DNA from: an uncultured Bacilli bacterium | GTDB taxonomy: Bacteria > Bacillota_I > Bacilli_A > RF39 > UBA660 | Reading direction: 5' to 3' | DNA: 18,112 bases | Assembly: GCA_947626095.1 (NCBI GenBank) | Contig: CANQQV010000025.1 | Coordinates: 1-18,112, forward strand | Part shown: positions 16,745 to 18,112 of the stretch, in pieces | Layout of the letters: each line of letters starts with the position of its first letter | How positions within the stretch are numbered: position 1 is the first letter of the stretch | The notes under the pieces: generated by a model | Database searches by the model: none | Told to the model about the DNA's origin: nothing | What the model saw: only the letters and a program-made list of their open reading frames with translations | Translations under genes and position numbers: made by a program

Positions 16745-17545
16745 TTACCTCCTTAAGTTATAAAAATTACATTTTTTACATAGTTCATGTATTTTTTTAT
16801 TATTTAAGAACCCTTGTTTCATTTCTTTAAAAAGACTGCTATTTATTATATCACTTAATTCATCATTGTAAATATTCCCTAGTTTTATTGTGCCATTACT
16901 ATCTAAACAACAAGGTATAACTGTACCATCAACTAAAATACCAATGTGATCACGTAGACCACGACAACTACCAGTTTCATCGTAATAGTTATTAGCGTAT
17001 GAAGGCCAGATAAATTCTTGTTCTGTTTCAAAATAGATATTTTTACTTAAGGTCATTTTGTCTTTATTAATATCAATTTGATATTTTTTATTTAATTTAT
17101 CGATTATTTGCTCTTTATACTCACTATTTACCCATAAACGATAAGTAATGTAGGTGTTATTAACTGATAATTTATCCACAGTTTGGAATATATTATCTAA
17201 GTATTCATCTAAAGTTTTGTTATAACGAGGATTAAAACTATGAAGAGAGATATTGATTTGACGAATATTTTGATTGTCTTTAATTCTATTAAGAAGGTAA
17301 CCATTAGTAGTTATATTGATATAATACTTAGTTGAAGCAAGATTAATAAGTTCATTGATATTGGGATGCAATAATGGCTCACCCATAACATGAAAATATA
17401 AATATTTAGTATAACCTTCTAACTTAGTTAAAAGAGTTTTAAATTTATCAAGACTAATAAATTCTTTTGGACGATTATTTTTAAGACAGAAAGAACAATC
17501 TAAATTACAGTTATTAGTTATTTCAACATAAATTTTTTTAAACAT
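16745..17545 (-). CDS. Radical SAM protein with C-terminal SPASM/twitch Fe-S domain
   Basis: YVEITNNCNLDCSFC (CxxxCxxC), MGEPLLHP, ITTNG, and C-terminal C..GILVDGTVIPCC..LGNI..CKKC. ATG at 17545 follows an AAGGTG RBS. Confidence 0.92.
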   Translation of the reverse strand: MFKKIYVEITNNCNLDCSFCLKNNRPKEFISLDKFKTLLTKLEGYTKYLYFHVMGEPLLHPNINELINLASTKYYINITTNGYLLNRIKDNQNIRQINISLHSFNPRYNKTLDEYLDNIFQTVDKLSVNNTYITYRLWVNSEYKEQIIDKLNKKYQIDINKDKMTLSKNIYFETEQEFIWPSYANNYYDETGSCRGLRDHIGILVDGTVIPCCLDSNGTIKLGNIYNDELSDIINSSLFKEMKQGFLNNKKIHELCKKCNFYNLRR

Positions 17546-17561
17546 TTTTAACACCTTTTTA

Positions 17562-17582
17562 ATTATATCAAATAATTGTTCG
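17562..17582 (-). promoter_or_regulatory. Extended -10 promoter of the radical SAM-uvrA operon with a degenerate LexA/SOS-like box
   Basis: TGATATAAT on the minus strand (17570-17562). CGAAC-AATT-ATTTG at 17582-17569 compared with the Firmicutes consensus CGAAC-N4-GTTCG. Confidence 0.5.
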
Positions 17583-17693
17583 TAATAAAAGATATTTATT
17601 TATACAGACATTAGTTGTATCGTTATATTAATATAATTGCTAGATTTTACCAATATTTCTTATAAAATTAAATTAATAAAAGGAATGATTATA

Positions 17694-18029
17694 ATGAATA
17701 GAATAAAAGAATTAAGAAAGAAAAGAAATATAACGCAAATAAGACTTAGTATTGCCGCTGAAGTATCACAAGAAACAATAAGTGCTTATGAATCTAATAA
17801 AGCTGAACCAAAAATGGAAAAATTAGTTAAAATTGCAGACTTTCTAAATACAACTACAGATTATTTATTAGGTCGAACAGATAATGATGCGCCATTAAGT
17901 GATGTAATGAATACAATTGTTGATGAACAGTTAAATGAATTATTAAATAATTATGCTAAATTAAATAAGTTACAAAGACAAGATTTAATTTGGTATAGTA
18001 ATGCAGTTGAAAATAAAGATCTTAAATAG
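17694..18029 (+). CDS. XRE-family helix-turn-helix transcriptional regulator
   Basis: NRIKELRKKRNITQ.RLS....VSQETISAYE....EP...L.KIADFL....DYLLGRTD. Start placed at ATG 17694, 8 nt after AAAGGAA. Confidence 0.93.
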   Translation: MNRIKELRKKRNITQIRLSIAAEVSQETISAYESNKAEPKMEKLVKIADFLNTTTDYLLGRTDNDAPLSDVMNTIVDEQLNELLNNYAKLNKLQRQDLIWYSNAVENKDLK

Positions 18030-18042
18030 ATCTTTATTTTCA
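18008..18042 (+). terminator. 15-bp perfect inverted repeat overlapping the XRE stop codon
   Basis: TGAAAATAAAGATCT (18008-18022) / AGATCTTTATTTTCA (18028-18042). Confidence 0.65.
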
Positions 18043-18112
18043 GAGTGTAGACAAACCTCCAGATTTTTTCTGGAGGTTTTTTTATGCGTAATTTTTTTTG
18101 AATAATTTTTTT
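18042..18112. mobile_element. Possible terminal inverted repeat of an IS1182-family element (truncated by the window end)
   Basis: AGAGTGTAGACAAA resembles ends I recall for Firmicutes IS1182-type elements and sits directly after a hairpin. No transposase is visible. Confidence 0.35.
18053..18083 (+). terminator. Strong intrinsic terminator-like hairpin
   Basis: AAACCTCCAGA / TCTGGAGGTTT stem running into T7. Confidence 0.75.

Noticed and set aside
16575-16763. 62-aa plus-strand ORF considered as a possible radical SAM precursor peptide
   Set aside because: It is antisense to the operon, overlaps two genes and has no precursor-like features.
17637-17693. Longer TTG-start version of the XRE ORF (and the extended starts of nusG and the radical SAM gene)
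   Set aside because: RBS positions and family N-termini favour the downstream ATGs at 17694, 8138 and 17545.
1-18112. Mycoplasma-type genetic code (TGA = Trp)
   Set aside because: Conserved genes are full length under the standard code, with Trp encoded by TGG.

Overview
This is an AT-rich (roughly 30% GC by eye) bacterial chromosomal window read in the standard genetic code. Gene content points to a low-GC Bacillota genome with reduced gene clusters, possibly an RF39-like gut Bacilli lineage (inference). Almost all genes lie on the minus strand. Read right to left, the order is: a divergent XRE regulator followed by a possible IS1182-type end; a coupled operon of radical SAM/SPASM protein, phage-type DUF7666-like protein, uvrA and a hypothetical protein, with a degenerate LexA-like box in its promoter; two membrane proteins that share a 4-cysteine extracellular repeat I do not recognise, plus a PH-like protein; lgt; a pruned mrnC-rlmB-sigH-secE-nusG cluster whose SecE has a long acidic extension; a DUF3419/BtaA-like SAM-dependent enzyme; and a 2097-aa surface protein with a fibro-slime/PA14-like domain, 12 alternating CnaB-like repeats and an LPPNTG anchor. 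I saw no tRNA, rRNA or CRISPR array. All family assignments come from motif recognition, not from database searches.
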